Shown piece by piece: positions 38,960 to 48,996 of a stretch of 64,000 nucleotides of DNA. Source of the DNA: an uncultured Holophagales bacterium (GTDB lineage: Bacteria; Acidobacteriota; Thermoanaerobaculia; Multivoradales; UBA5704); the NCBI GenBank assembly GCA_963842525.1, contig CAWJGT010000024.1, positions 139,995-203,994 of the forward strand, in the 5' to 3' direction. The notes under the pieces were generated by a model. That model made no database searches. It had not been told where the DNA came from and saw nothing but the letters and a program-made list of their open reading frames with translations. The position numbers and the translations under genes are program-made. Within the stretch, counting starts at the first letter, position 1. The number at the start of each line of letters is the position of its first letter.

Positions 38960-39226
38960 CTACCTCCGTCGCCCGCGGATCATCCGCCAGATGACGAGGA
39001 GCACCACCGAGCCGATGATGGCGATGAACAGGCTCCGCCAGTCGAAGCCCGACAGGCCTCCGAAGCCCAGGGCCGTCGCAAGGAAGCCGCCGAGCAGGGC
39101 GCCGACGATGCCGATGATCATGGTAATGATGCAGCCGCCCGGGTCCTTGCCAGGCATGAGCGCCTTGGCGATGGCGCCCGCGATCAGGCCGAGCACGATC
39201 CACGCGATGATCCCCATTCCTTCCAT
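38960..39226 (-). CDS. GlsB/YeaQ/YmgE-family stress response membrane protein
   Basis: MGIIAWIVLGLIAGAIAKALMPGKDPGG...GIVGALLGG. Confidence 0.88.
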   Translation of the reverse strand: MEGMGIIAWIVLGLIAGAIAKALMPGKDPGGCIITMIIGIVGALLGGFLATALGFGGLSGFDWRSLFIAIIGSVVLLVIWRMIRGRRR

Positions 39227-39257
39227 CTCACTCTCCTTTTTTCGCGCAGCCGGAAAC

Positions 39258-39346
39258 TACTGGCTTGGCGGTGGAATGTGCGAGAGCCGTGCCAGGAGGC
39301 CGACAGCCGTGAGCCCGAGATGGCGGACGAGGTCGAGCCGTTTCAC
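39258..39346 (-). pseudogene. HicA-like toxin remnant
   Basis: GTG coupled to the hicB stop reads MKRLDLVRHL, then AHGC in a shifted frame; similarity is lost after that. Confidence 0.55.
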
Positions 39347-39561
39347 GAGGCGAGGAGCAGTGGCTCGCGGATGAAGTCCTGCCCGCGGATCGACTCTTCA
39401 GAGCTCCGGTTTGCTTCCAGGACGAGGGCGATCGCCTCCTTGAGGTTCTCCCGGGCCTCCTCCAGGGTGGCGCCTTGCGTATTGGCCCCGGGAAGCTCCT
39501 CAACGAAACCGATGTACCCCTCGGGGACTTTCTTGAAGACTGCGGTCAGCTTCAGGCTCAT
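39343..39561 (-). CDS. HicB-family antitoxin
   Basis: LTAVFKKVPEGYIGFVEELPGANTQGATLEEARENLKEAIALVL. Confidence 0.85.
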   Translation of the reverse strand: MSLKLTAVFKKVPEGYIGFVEELPGANTQGATLEEARENLKEAIALVLEANRSSEESIRGQDFIREPLLLAS

Positions 39562-39656
39562 GCCGGTCAGCATACCAGGATTACCTGGCCTGCTACGCTG
39601 TTGTCACCTGTCTCCCTGACATAGGACGAGGCCCGGAGCCCGGACGCCGAGGGATG

Positions 39657-40070
39657 TCATGCAAAGGGATTGACGACCTCCAGCCCGTCGATCCTGCGGC
39701 CGGCCTGCAGGTCTTCCGAGTAAAGAACCGAGCATCTGGCCCGGAGGGCGCAGCGCACGATGAGTGCATCCCAGAAGGAGATCTGGTGCAACCGGTGAAG
39801 GTCGATGGCTGCCAGGATGTCTTCGAGCCCGACCAGAACGAGGTCAAAGCGCGAAAACAGCTCCACCTTTCGGCGGGCGACCTCGGCAGGGACCCGCAGC
39901 TTGCGGGTCGCTGCGGCAAAGTATTCCTGGAGGACCTGGCTGGAAAGGACGCCCTTCCGTTCCCTCTGACACTGTCTTACGAGGTCCAGGGCGGTCGCGA
40001 GCTTCTCCGGAGCCCTCGCATCGTCGGTATAGACCAGGATGTTGCTGTCGAGGAAGCTACGGCCGCTCAT
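39657..40070 (-). CDS. PIN-domain (VapC-like) toxin
   Basis: FLDSNILVY, QVLQEY, SFWDALIV, LYSEDLQ, VVNPF. Confidence 0.88.
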   Translation of the reverse strand: MSGRSFLDSNILVYTDDARAPEKLATALDLVRQCQRERKGVLSSQVLQEYFAAATRKLRVPAEVARRKVELFSRFDLVLVGLEDILAAIDLHRLHQISFWDALIVRCALRARCSVLYSEDLQAGRRIDGLEVVNPFA

Positions 40071-40277
40071 GGATCTCTTCGCGGTTGAACTTCCAGCCCC
40101 TCGAATCTCCCATTCCCGAGAGGCGCCGTAGCTCTTCGATCTCGCCTCCACGGAAGACTGGGACGTGATCTCCGTCAGGTACTCCCGGATGAGCTGGTTC
40201 AGGCTGGTTCCCATGCTCTCCGCAACCTTCCGTGCTTCCTCAACAAGACGCTCATCGATGGAGAGGGTGAGGTTCAT
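40057..40277 (-). CDS. DUF6364/VapB-like ribbon-helix-helix antitoxin (frameshift near 40142)
   Basis: MNLTLSIDERLVEEARKVAESMGTSLNQLIREYL; native tail WKFNREEIHERP in another frame; AGGAGG SD. Confidence 0.75.
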
Positions 40278-40392
40278 GGCGTCCTCCTGACTCCACATAT
40301 TACGTGTGCCCGCGGCCTGGTAGCAACTCCGGGGAGGCCGGCGTGGGCTCATCAGGAGGTAAGGAAGGAGGAACGGCTAGAATGTCCCGGCC

Positions 40393-40561
40393 ATGACCGT
40401 TGCGACCACCGACACCGCGCGCCCCCGCCTTTTCCTCATTGACGGCTACTCCAATATCTTCCGGGCCTTCTACGCGATCCGGAACCTGTCCAGCTCGAAG
40501 GGGGAGCCGACCAACGCCGTCTATGGCTTCATCACCATGCTGCGCAAGCTTTTGCGCGAGG
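40393..40561 (+). pseudogene. polA: Duplicated 5' fragment of polA (first 56 codons)
   Basis: Near-identical to 46330-46498 (LFLIDGYSNIFRAFYAIRNLSSSKGEPTNAVYGFITMLRKLLRE), with its own TAGAAT -10. Confidence 0.9.
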
Positions 40562-40815
40562 GCCGCGGAATCGATGAAGTCGAGGGGCGCCGGCGTCTCG
40601 GCGGCGCTGCGTCCTTCGACGCGCGTGCCCGTGACGGTGATCTCCTCCTGGAACCTCCGTTCCTCTTGCAGCTTGTCCTCTGCCGGGGGCGCTTCCTCCC
40701 GGGCCGGCTCGGGCTCTTGCGCGCGGGCCATTGACGGCCCGGCGCAGAGCGATCCGAGGGTCAACACCATAATCCCGAGCCATTTCACCGGCTGGACGTT
40801 GCAGGAGCTGATCAT
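40561..40815 (-). pseudogene. N-terminal fragment of a TonB-dependent receptor
   Basis: Signal peptide, TonB-box/plug start EEITVTGTRVEGRSAAETPAPLDFID; truncated where the polA stub begins. Confidence 0.75.
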
Positions 40816-40876
40816 ATCCTGGAGGTCCTCCCTGGAATGCGGACCGGCGGGGATTCGCCGCGCGAGATCACGAGTC

Positions 40877-43510
40877 TCACTTCAACCCTTCCGCGAGAAA
40901 AAGCCTGGAGAGTGTGCGCGTCGCCGCGTATACGCAAGTCTGGCCGTCGGGCGTCAGCACGACTCGCTGGATGTTGAGCCCGGCGGGATCCGCGGACCGA
41001 ATGTCCCTCCAGCGCTGCCGCTCACCCGTTGTGACATCCACCCGGTAGACCTTCGAGAGCAAGGCCGATTGCGAGTCCGCCGACCGCAGGACGGTGAACA
41101 GGGCCTTCCCTTCGGCATCCCAGCGGATGAACCATTCCCCGCGTTCGTAAGGGATCTCGCGGGGAGGGCCTCCGGCGACAGAAAAGAGCGCAGCCGATTC
41201 GTCGTTCCATGCCACCACGTGTTTGCCGTCAGGCGAGACCGGAGTCTTGATGACGGCACAGCCGAAGCCCTCGGGAGTGATCGCACGCGGAGCGCCCCGG
41301 GCCGGATCGAACACCCAGCAGCGTAGCGGCTTGCCGGGCTCGAGCGCCGTGAGAGCGAGCCGGCCGCCGTCCGGAAACCAGCCCGCCGCGAATACCCGCA
41401 GCGGGAGGTCGAAAGAGCGTGCCTGGCCCGTCCCGACGGGGAGCAGGAGGAGCCGGGTCGGCAGGCCATAGACGAGCGACGCGACCCACTGTCCATCCGG
41501 CGAGATCGCCTGGGGACGTCCTTCGCCGAGCCGGATGGCGGAAGTCCCGTCGAGGTCGCGCAGGTAGACCGAAGTGCTCGGCCCGCTCCCCTCACCCCGG
41601 TGTGAGAAAAGCAGTGTCTTGCCGTCGTCCGAGATGTCCACGGGGAACGACCTGCTGAGCCAGGACAGGTCTCGCTCCCGCGCCTCTCCAGGCAGCACCA
41701 CTGCAGTCAGGTCGCTCGCGTCTTGTCGGGCCAGAAGGGCCCGGCCGTCCGGGGAGACATCGAGAAGCGCAATATCCACCGGGATGGGCAGGAGGGTCCG
41801 TTCGTGTCCCTCGAGGTCGACCGCGGACAGCGTGGTGTTCCAGTCCCGGCTCCCCGTGATCCAGATCTCGTCGCCGGACGGGGACCAGGCGAGCCCCCGC
41901 AGCGTGCTCCAGCCTTTCGACAGCGTCGTGACCTTGCCCGTCTCCAACTCCACGACGGAGACCGAGCCGCTCCAGTCCACGGGCGGGTGCTCGATGAAGG
42001 CGATCCGCTTGCCGTCGCGCGAGAAACGAAGGCGGCTGATAGGGCCGCTGGCCCGGTGGAGGACCTGCCCCATCGGGAATTCCAGCCGATCGTCTCCCGT
42101 CACCAGAGCCAGTTGGGAACCGTCCGGCGTCCAGTCGGCCTCCAGGACCCTTTCCTGGAGCCTTCGGGCCCCCCCGCCGAGCAGCGGAGCCCGGGCAAGG
42201 GTGCCGATCCCGAAGTTGTAGAAATTGGCCATGCTGTGATCGAGGGAGATCGCGAGCTCGCCCGTGGACGAGACCGCGAGGAGGTCGGCCGGCGGCAGCT
42301 CGATCGGGCTCGACAGGAGACTTCCGGGCCGGGTGAGGAAGAGACGGAAGGGAGCGCCGTTCCACGACGCACCGAAGAGGAACGTCTGCCCGTCCGGGGC
42401 GAATCTTGCCCGCTGGATGAGCCCGCGCTCGTAGGTCAGGAGCTTGAAGGTCGGGACGACTTCCTCTCGGGAAGGAAAGAACGCAAGATCGGTCTGCCGC
42501 GTCACGGCGAGACCGGTGAGAAACGCGAGCCCGATCACCGCGGTGAGGGCCGCAGCCCGGGAGAGCTGCTTCCAAGGCAGCCGGAACCGGCGGGCCACGG
42601 AAGGCCTCGGCTCTCCAGCCTCGGGAACAACCCGCGGTATCGCGACCAGCGTCGTCCCCGTGGCGGCCAGCCGCCCGGAAGAGGAGCGCTGGAGAGCCCG
42701 CAGATCCACCGGGATTTCGTCCACGTGCTGGTACCGGTCGGCTGGATCCTTGGCCATGGCCTTGGCCACGATCCGCGCGAGCTCCACCGGCGTCTCCGGA
42801 CGTACTTCCGTCAACGGCTTGGGCGTCCGGTGCAGGATCCCATGGGTGACGGACCCCTCGTCGGTCCCGAAGGGAGGACGGCCGGTGACCATCTCGTAGA
42901 GGACCACCCCGAGCGACCAGATATCGGTCCGGTAGTCGATGGATTCTCCCAGGATCTGCTCGGGCGACATGTAGGCCGCGGTGCCGACCGTCCGCCCGGA
43001 CCGCGTCAGCCGGGCCTCATTGGCGAGCTTGGCGACCCCGAAGTCCACGATCTTGACCTGGCCGTCCCGGTTGACAATCAGATTGGCCGGCTTGATGTCG
43101 CGATGGATGACACCCTGGGCATGGGCGCGGGCGAGCCCGGCGGAGATCTGGATCGTGTAGTCGATGACCTCTGCGATCCGCAGGGGCCCGCGTTGGATCT
43201 TCTCCCGGAGGGTCTCGCCCTCGCAGTAGGCCATGGCAAAGAAGATCTCGCCATCCCCGGTCTCGTCGATCTCGTAGACCGTGCAGATGTTGGGGTGGTC
43301 GAGAGAGGATCCGGCCTGGGCTTCGTAGAGGAAGCGCTGGCGGGCCTCCTCACCATCGTGGTGGGTGGGGAGGAACTTGAGCGCGGCGATGCGCCCGAGC
43401 CGCAGGTCGCGGGCTTTGTAAACCACGCCCATCCCCCCGCCTCCGATCTTCTCGAGAATCTCGTAGTGGGAGACGGTCCGCCCAACCCACGGGTGCGCTA
43501 GATCGGCCAT
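40877..43510 (-). CDS. Ser/Thr protein kinase with TM segment and TolB/WD40-like beta-propeller
   Basis: IGGGGMGVVYKA, HRDIKPAN, DFG, GTAAYMSPEQ, DIWSLG; repeated SPDG blades. Confidence 0.92.
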   Translation of the reverse strand: MADLAHPWVGRTVSHYEILEKIGGGGMGVVYKARDLRLGRIAALKFLPTHHDGEEARQRFLYEAQAGSSLDHPNICTVYEIDETGDGEIFFAMAYCEGETLREKIQRGPLRIAEVIDYTIQISAGLARAHAQGVIHRDIKPANLIVNRDGQVKIVDFGVAKLANEARLTRSGRTVGTAAYMSPEQILGESIDYRTDIWSLGVVLYEMVTGRPPFGTDEGSVTHGILHRTPKPLTEVRPETPVELARIVAKAMAKDPADRYQHVDEIPVDLRALQRSSSGRLAATGTTLVAIPRVVPEAGEPRPSVARRFRLPWKQLSRAAALTAVIGLAFLTGLAVTRQTDLAFFPSREEVVPTFKLLTYERGLIQRARFAPDGQTFLFGASWNGAPFRLFLTRPGSLLSSPIELPPADLLAVSSTGELAISLDHSMANFYNFGIGTLARAPLLGGGARRLQERVLEADWTPDGSQLALVTGDDRLEFPMGQVLHRASGPISRLRFSRDGKRIAFIEHPPVDWSGSVSVVELETGKVTTLSKGWSTLRGLAWSPSGDEIWITGSRDWNTTLSAVDLEGHERTLLPIPVDIALLDVSPDGRALLARQDASDLTAVVLPGEARERDLSWLSRSFPVDISDDGKTLLFSHRGEGSGPSTSVYLRDLDGTSAIRLGEGRPQAISPDGQWVASLVYGLPTRLLLLPVGTGQARSFDLPLRVFAAGWFPDGGRLALTALEPGKPLRCWVFDPARGAPRAITPEGFGCAVIKTPVSPDGKHVVAWNDESAALFSVAGGPPREIPYERGEWFIRWDAEGKALFTVLRSADSQSALLSKVYRVDVTTGERQRWRDIRSADPAGLNIQRVVLTPDGQTCVYAATRTLSRLFLAEGLK

Positions 43511-43675
43511 TGCCTCAACGATGACGTAAAACCTGGATGGCGCAAGCCTAGCAGAAATGCAAAGCCAATGGCAGATGCCCCCCAACCCCCCGCAGCCGGT
43601 CGCGAACGGCCCTTCGCAAGGGAGAGGTGTAGGCGGCCGCTCCCGAATGCGAGCCCCGCCAGGTCCCGGCCCGTC

Positions 43676-44956
43676 TCAGGAGACGGGAAAGGGCTCAGGG
43701 CGGGTGACCCATTCCGGCAGGGCGTTCCCGTCGAGCCAGTCGGGCACGCGCTTGAACGCCGGCAGGGTCTGCAGGACGAAGTCGTAGAGCATCAGGAAGT
43801 GGGCGCCCATGATGTTGGTGATCAGCCGCTTGCGCGTGATCGCGAGCTCGCTGCCTGCAAGGCCGAGCGTCGCGAGATTTGCGAGGTCGATGAAGAGGAA
43901 ACTCGGGTCCGGCTGGACGTAGCTGAAAGGCGAGCTGTCGTAGGCCCGGATCAGGGGCTCCCCCAGACGCGAAGCCATGCCGGCGGTCACACGATCAGCC
44001 GCATTGAGCAGGAGGCGGGAGAGGCTGGATTCCTGGATCAGGATCCGCTGGGGCATGTTGGCGCAGAAGGCCATCTTCACCCACGCCTCGCCGTTCTCAA
44101 GCACCCGGAAATGGATGCACTCGAAGGCCGAGACCAGCTTTTCCGGCCCGTACGCCCAGACGCTGTCGAGCTCCGGATTACGGATGAAGGTGTAGCCGTA
44201 GCCGTACTCGCCGAGGACGCCGGGCGACGGATTGTCCCGATGGCCGCAGAGGTCCTCATGGAAGACCACATAGACGTCCTCGCGGACCGGGATGTAGAGC
44301 TCGAGACCCTGGAAACCGCCAACCTGCGCCTTCAGGCCGAAGTCGAAGATCTGCACGTTGCCGAGGACCCACTCATAGCGAGTCCCCATGTCCGCCAGAT
44401 CGAACATGCGGTAGCGCTCCTCGGCGGGGAAGCGCCCGATGCGGCCGGAGCCCTTTTCCTTGTACAGGAACTGCCGATAGCCGAACCCGGTCCGCTGCCG
44501 GTTCGGGTCCGGACAGAAGCTGAGGTTGCGGAGCCAATCCGGCTGCGGCCTCGACGCACCGCGAGGCACGTAGACCTGCTGCGCCTGCCGCGAGCAGATA
44601 CGCAGGAAATGGCGCAGCACGAACTCGCGGACCTGATCGCGCATCCATGCCGCGGCCTGCGCCGCCGAGCCCTGCCGCGGCTTGGACCGGTCGTAGAACA
44701 TGTCCTGGACCACGCCCGCAACGGGCAGGATGCCGCGTGCGAGGGGTACCTGGTCATAGAAGCCGAAGTTGGTGTCCGGGCCGTCCGGCTGCCGCATCAG
44801 CGCATACTTGTCCGCATAGCGGCCCGTGGCGTCGACGTTCTGCCACCAGCGGAAGATCTGCAACCCGTCAGACAGCGAGGAGTGGAGGTGTGCCAGTACC
44901 TTCCGCTCGACGTCGGCGTCCAGGTCTAGACGTTCAATCGGCCGGCTCGCACCCAT
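43676..44956 (-). CDS. Hypothetical protein, paralog B of tandem pair
   Basis: Shares WMRDQ.REF, LRNLSF, FG.RQ..YK and VPDWLD...PEWV motifs with the upstream gene. Confidence 0.75.
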   Translation of the reverse strand: MGASRPIERLDLDADVERKVLAHLHSSLSDGLQIFRWWQNVDATGRYADKYALMRQPDGPDTNFGFYDQVPLARGILPVAGVVQDMFYDRSKPRQGSAAQAAAWMRDQVREFVLRHFLRICSRQAQQVYVPRGASRPQPDWLRNLSFCPDPNRQRTGFGYRQFLYKEKGSGRIGRFPAEERYRMFDLADMGTRYEWVLGNVQIFDFGLKAQVGGFQGLELYIPVREDVYVVFHEDLCGHRDNPSPGVLGEYGYGYTFIRNPELDSVWAYGPEKLVSAFECIHFRVLENGEAWVKMAFCANMPQRILIQESSLSRLLLNAADRVTAGMASRLGEPLIRAYDSSPFSYVQPDPSFLFIDLANLATLGLAGSELAITRKRLITNIMGAHFLMLYDFVLQTLPAFKRVPDWLDGNALPEWVTRPEPFPVS

Positions 44957-46257
44957 TCTGGAATCGCCTCCCGATCCAGCCAGTCAGGGACCCGGCTCCA
45001 GGTCTGGAGCGCGGCCATCATCTCTTCGTAGATCACGGTGCAGTGGAGGTACAGCGCGTCGACGTAGATCGACTCCCGCGAGAGGCACAGCTCCCGCTCT
45101 GTCCAGCCGCCGGTCATCCGGTTCAGGGCGTCGATGCCGGTAAAGACCGGATCGAAGCCCAGGCTCCCCCCGGGCAGCCGGCGTACGGTCCGCTCCAGCG
45201 GGCGGATGAGCGGGTCGGCCATGCCCAGGGTGAACAAGCTCGTGAGACCGAGACCCCAGAGGAGCGGATTCAAGGGTACGTCGAAGATCCTGGCCGGTTG
45301 GGGGATGACAAAGATCGAGCGGCCAATGACCTTGCCGCTGCGGTCGACGTTGAACTGCACGGCATCGAAGGCGGGTTCGACCTTGTCCGGACCGAACGCG
45401 AGAACTCCGCTGCCCGGATGGGCCAGGAAGCAGTACCCCGGGCCGTAGCTCCCCAGCAAGTGCGGCGCAGGGTCGTCCTGATTGACGATGAGGTCCTTGG
45501 TCAGGATTACGTAGGGCTGGTCGCTGGAATAGCCGATGAGCTGAGGTCCGTCCGGTCCGAAGGGCTTCAGGCCCACCTGCTCGTAGAAGTCGAGCTGCAG
45601 CACGACCCACTCGTACTTCGTCCCCACCGCGCGCACGTCGACGATCCGATTCCGGTCCTCGGCCGGGAACATACCGACCTCGCCGCTGTCCTGGAGCTTG
45701 TAGTAGAGCTGCCGGGCGCCGAAGCCGGCGATGTCGAGGCCCCGCGTCGGCCAGAAGCTGAGATTGCGCAGCAGCTCAGGCAGGTTGGGCTCGCTCAGGT
45801 CGGGATACAACTGCGGCTGAGCGATCTTCATCACCCGGTGGTAGTAATGGAGGGCGAATTCGCGGATCTGGTCGCGCATCCAGAGAGCCGCGGCGGCCGC
45901 GTCTTCCCCCGGCCGGATCCTCGGCTGGTCGAAGAAGATCTCCTGGACGACACCCATCACCGCCAGCGGATTGCCATCCACGGGCGCGACATCAAAAAAG
46001 GCGTAGATGCCGCCCTCTCCCTGGTGGGAGGGGATCAGGTCGAACCGCCGGGCATAGGACTGGCGGGCGTCCGCGTTTCTCCACCAATCCCAAAGCTGAG
46101 TACCCTGCCGAATCGCCGTCTCGACCCGGTCCAGGATCCGGTAATCCTGCGCTCGGAAAGCAGGCTGCTCGATGGTGGATCGCAACTCAGTGTAGGGTAC
46201 CACGCGCGAGAAGCTAACGCGATCCTCGCCGGACCGTGAATAGCCCGCCCGATTCAT
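44926..46257 (-). CDS. Hypothetical protein, paralog A of tandem pair
   Basis: 443 aa with GGAGG SD; paralogous to 43676-44956. Confidence 0.78.
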   Translation of the reverse strand: MNRAGYSRSGEDRVSFSRVVPYTELRSTIEQPAFRAQDYRILDRVETAIRQGTQLWDWWRNADARQSYARRFDLIPSHQGEGGIYAFFDVAPVDGNPLAVMGVVQEIFFDQPRIRPGEDAAAAALWMRDQIREFALHYYHRVMKIAQPQLYPDLSEPNLPELLRNLSFWPTRGLDIAGFGARQLYYKLQDSGEVGMFPAEDRNRIVDVRAVGTKYEWVVLQLDFYEQVGLKPFGPDGPQLIGYSSDQPYVILTKDLIVNQDDPAPHLLGSYGPGYCFLAHPGSGVLAFGPDKVEPAFDAVQFNVDRSGKVIGRSIFVIPQPARIFDVPLNPLLWGLGLTSLFTLGMADPLIRPLERTVRRLPGGSLGFDPVFTGIDALNRMTGGWTERELCLSRESIYVDALYLHCTVIYEEMMAALQTWSRVPDWLDREAIPEWVRAGRLNV

Positions 46258-46329
46258 TTTGGAATCCTCCCAGAGTCAAAAAAGCTCCAGGGGAGACCAG
46301 GGCCGGGGAACGCATAGAATGACCCCGCC

Positions 46330-48996
46330 ATGACCGTTGCGACCACCGACACCGTGCGCCTCCGCCTCTTCCTCATCGACGGCTACTCCAACATCTTCCG
46401 GGCCTTCTACGCGATCCGCAACCTGTCGAGCTCGAAGGGGGAGCCGACCAACGCCGTCTATGGCTTCATCACCATGCTGCGCAAGCTTTTGCGCGAGGAC
46501 AAGCCGGACCTGTTGGGCGTGGCGCTCGACGTAGGCAAGACCTTCCGCAACGAGAAGTTCGAGGACTACAAGGCGAACCGGGCGCCCATGCCGGAAGACC
46601 TCGCCTCCCAGATGCCTTACATCCGCCGGACCCTGGAGGCATATCGCATCCCGGTCCTGGAGCTGCAGGGCTTTGAAGCGGACGACGTCCTGGGCTCCCT
46701 CGCCTGCCGGGCGGCCCAGGAGGGCTACGAGGTCGTCCTGGTCTCGGCCGACAAGGACCTGATGCAGCTCGTCGCGCCCCACGTCTCCCTCTACCACACC
46801 GGCCGCAACAAGCTGTACGGCCCCGCCGAGGTGGAGGAGGACTTCGGCGTGCTCCCGGAAAAGGTGGTCGACGTCCTCGGCCTGATGGGTGACTCGATCG
46901 ACAACATCCCTGGTGTGCCCGGGATCGGCGAAAAGGGTGCCAAGTCGCTGATCAAGGAGTACGGCTCGCTCGAAGAGCTGCTCGCCCGCGCCGGAGAGGT
47001 CACCCGCAAGGCGTACCGTGAAGGCCTCCAGCAGCACGCCGAGCAGGCCCGGCTGTCCAGGGAGCTGTCGACGATCCATGTCGACTGCGACATCCCGCTC
47101 GAACCGGACAAGCTCCGGATCCAGGCACCGGACCCCGAGGCGCTCCGCAAGCTCTTCACCGAGCTGGAATTCTTCTCCCTGGTCGAGGAGCTGAAGTCGA
47201 CCGCGACGGAACAGGCCGAGGCGCTCCCGGCCGCTGAAGAGGTGTCGACTCCGAAGGATTGGGAGATGAGGACTGCTGCGCTTCTTCCGGACGGTCAAGG
47301 CGAAATCTATGCCGCGGTGCTCGGCGAGGACCGGCCGCTCGGGCTGGCCGCGGGTGGGCCGGACGCCACGGGTCCGGTCCTCTATGCCGACTTCCGGCGC
47401 GACGGCATGAGGGACGCTGCCCTGGCGAGCCTCGCCCGCTGGATCGAGGACCCGCGGGTCCTCGTGTCCGGCCACAACCTGAAGGAGCTGCTCCGGCTCT
47501 GCGCCGACGGTGCCCGCTGCCGCGCCGCCCTGGCCGACGCCATGCTTGTCTCCTACCTCCTCAAGCCGTCCATCCACGGCCATACGCTCGACGAGATGGC
47601 CCTGGAGCGGCTGGGCCGCAAGGCCATCACCGCCAAGGAGGCGGGCTGGGACAAGAGGCAGGAGCCGCCGGTCGGGGACTCGCGTCTCGCCGCCTACGCC
47701 GGGGAGCGGATCTGGCTGGCCCGCCAGATGTCCGCGGCGATCCGCAGCGAGCTGGAGGCGGGCAAGCTCGCCGCGGTCTACCGGGAGATCGAGGCGCCGC
47801 TGGTGCCGGTGCTCCTCGGCATGGAGGAGGCCGGCATCCTCCTGGACGTGGACTTCCTGCGGCAGATGTCGCATGAGCTGGGCAAGGAGATCGCGGACCT
47901 GGAGGAGGAGATCTACAAGCAGGCCGGCGAGCGGTTCAACATCAATTCGCCGCAGCAGCTCGGGTTCATCCTCTTTGAAAAGATGCAGCTCCCGGTCCTG
48001 AAGCGGACCCAGAAGACCAAGAGCTATTCGACCGGGGCGGAGACGTTGGAGGAGCTGGCGGGCCGCGGCTTTCCGATCGCGGAGCTGCTGATGCGCTACC
48101 GCGAGCTGACCAAGCTCAAGTCGACCTACATCGACGCCCTGCCCGAGCTGGTCGGGCCGGACGGCCGGCTCCACACCCGCTTCAACCAGGCGGTGGCGGC
48201 CACCGGGCGGCTCTCCTCGGTGAACCCGAACCTGCAGAACATTCCGATCCGGACGGAGGTGGGGCAGCGCATCCGGAAGGCCTTCATCACGGGGCCGGGC
48301 TATCTCCTGCTGGTGGCCGACTACAGCCAGATCGAGCTGCGGGTCCTCGCCCACATCGCGGACGAGACGACCCTGATCGACGCCTTCTCCCGCGGGGAGG
48401 ACATCCACCGTTCGACCGCGGCGACGGTCTTCAACATCGCTCCCGATCTGGTGACGGTCGAGCAGCGGCGGGCCGCGAAGACGATCAACTTCGGCATCCT
48501 CTACGGCATGAGCGCCTTCGGCCTGGGCCAGGCGCTCCACATCCCGCAGAAGGAGGCGGACAAGTTCATCAAGGCCTACCTTGACCAGTTCCCGGGCGTG
48601 CGGCAGTACGTGGAGGACACCCAGAAGAGTGCCGAAAAAGAGGGGAAGGTCGAGACCCTCTATGGCCGCGTCCGCTGGTTGCCGGACATCCAGAGCAAGA
48701 ACTGGAACCTGCGCGAGAACGCCCGCCGCATGGCCATCAATGCCCGCATCCAGGGCACCGCTGCCGATCTCCTGAAGAAAGCCATGATCGCGATCGACCG
48801 CAGGCTACGCGAGGAGCATCCCGATGCGAGGCTCCTCCTGACCGTCCACGACGAGCTGGTCTTCGAGGTCCCGGAAGGCCAAGTCGAGCCGGTTGCGAAG
48901 CTCGTCAAGGAGGAGATGGAGGGGGTGGCGGAGCTGAAGGTGCCGTTGGTCGTGGATACCGGGTGGGGGAAGAGTTGGTACGACGCGAAGGGATAG
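46330..48996 (+). CDS. polA: DNA polymerase I
   Basis: 5'-3' exonuclease (LIDG, EADD, DKDL, GDSIDNIPGVPGIGEK) and Pol A motifs (TGRLSS..PNLQNIP, DYSQIELR, KTINFGILYG, VHDEL). Confidence 0.96.
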   Translation: MTVATTDTVRLRLFLIDGYSNIFRAFYAIRNLSSSKGEPTNAVYGFITMLRKLLREDKPDLLGVALDVGKTFRNEKFEDYKANRAPMPEDLASQMPYIRRTLEAYRIPVLELQGFEADDVLGSLACRAAQEGYEVVLVSADKDLMQLVAPHVSLYHTGRNKLYGPAEVEEDFGVLPEKVVDVLGLMGDSIDNIPGVPGIGEKGAKSLIKEYGSLEELLARAGEVTRKAYREGLQQHAEQARLSRELSTIHVDCDIPLEPDKLRIQAPDPEALRKLFTELEFFSLVEELKSTATEQAEALPAAEEVSTPKDWEMRTAALLPDGQGEIYAAVLGEDRPLGLAAGGPDATGPVLYADFRRDGMRDAALASLARWIEDPRVLVSGHNLKELLRLCADGARCRAALADAMLVSYLLKPSIHGHTLDEMALERLGRKAITAKEAGWDKRQEPPVGDSRLAAYAGERIWLARQMSAAIRSELEAGKLAAVYREIEAPLVPVLLGMEEAGILLDVDFLRQMSHELGKEIADLEEEIYKQAGERFNINSPQQLGFILFEKMQLPVLKRTQKTKSYSTGAETLEELAGRGFPIAELLMRYRELTKLKSTYIDALPELVGPDGRLHTRFNQAVAATGRLSSVNPNLQNIPIRTEVGQRIRKAFITGPGYLLLVADYSQIELRVLAHIADETTLIDAFSRGEDIHRSTAATVFNIAPDLVTVEQRRAAKTINFGILYGMSAFGLGQALHIPQKEADKFIKAYLDQFPGVRQYVEDTQKSAEKEGKVETLYGRVRWLPDIQSKNWNLRENARRMAINARIQGTAADLLKKAMIAIDRRLREEHPDARLLLTVHDELVFEVPEGQVEPVAKLVKEEMEGVAELKVPLVVDTGWGKSWYDAKG

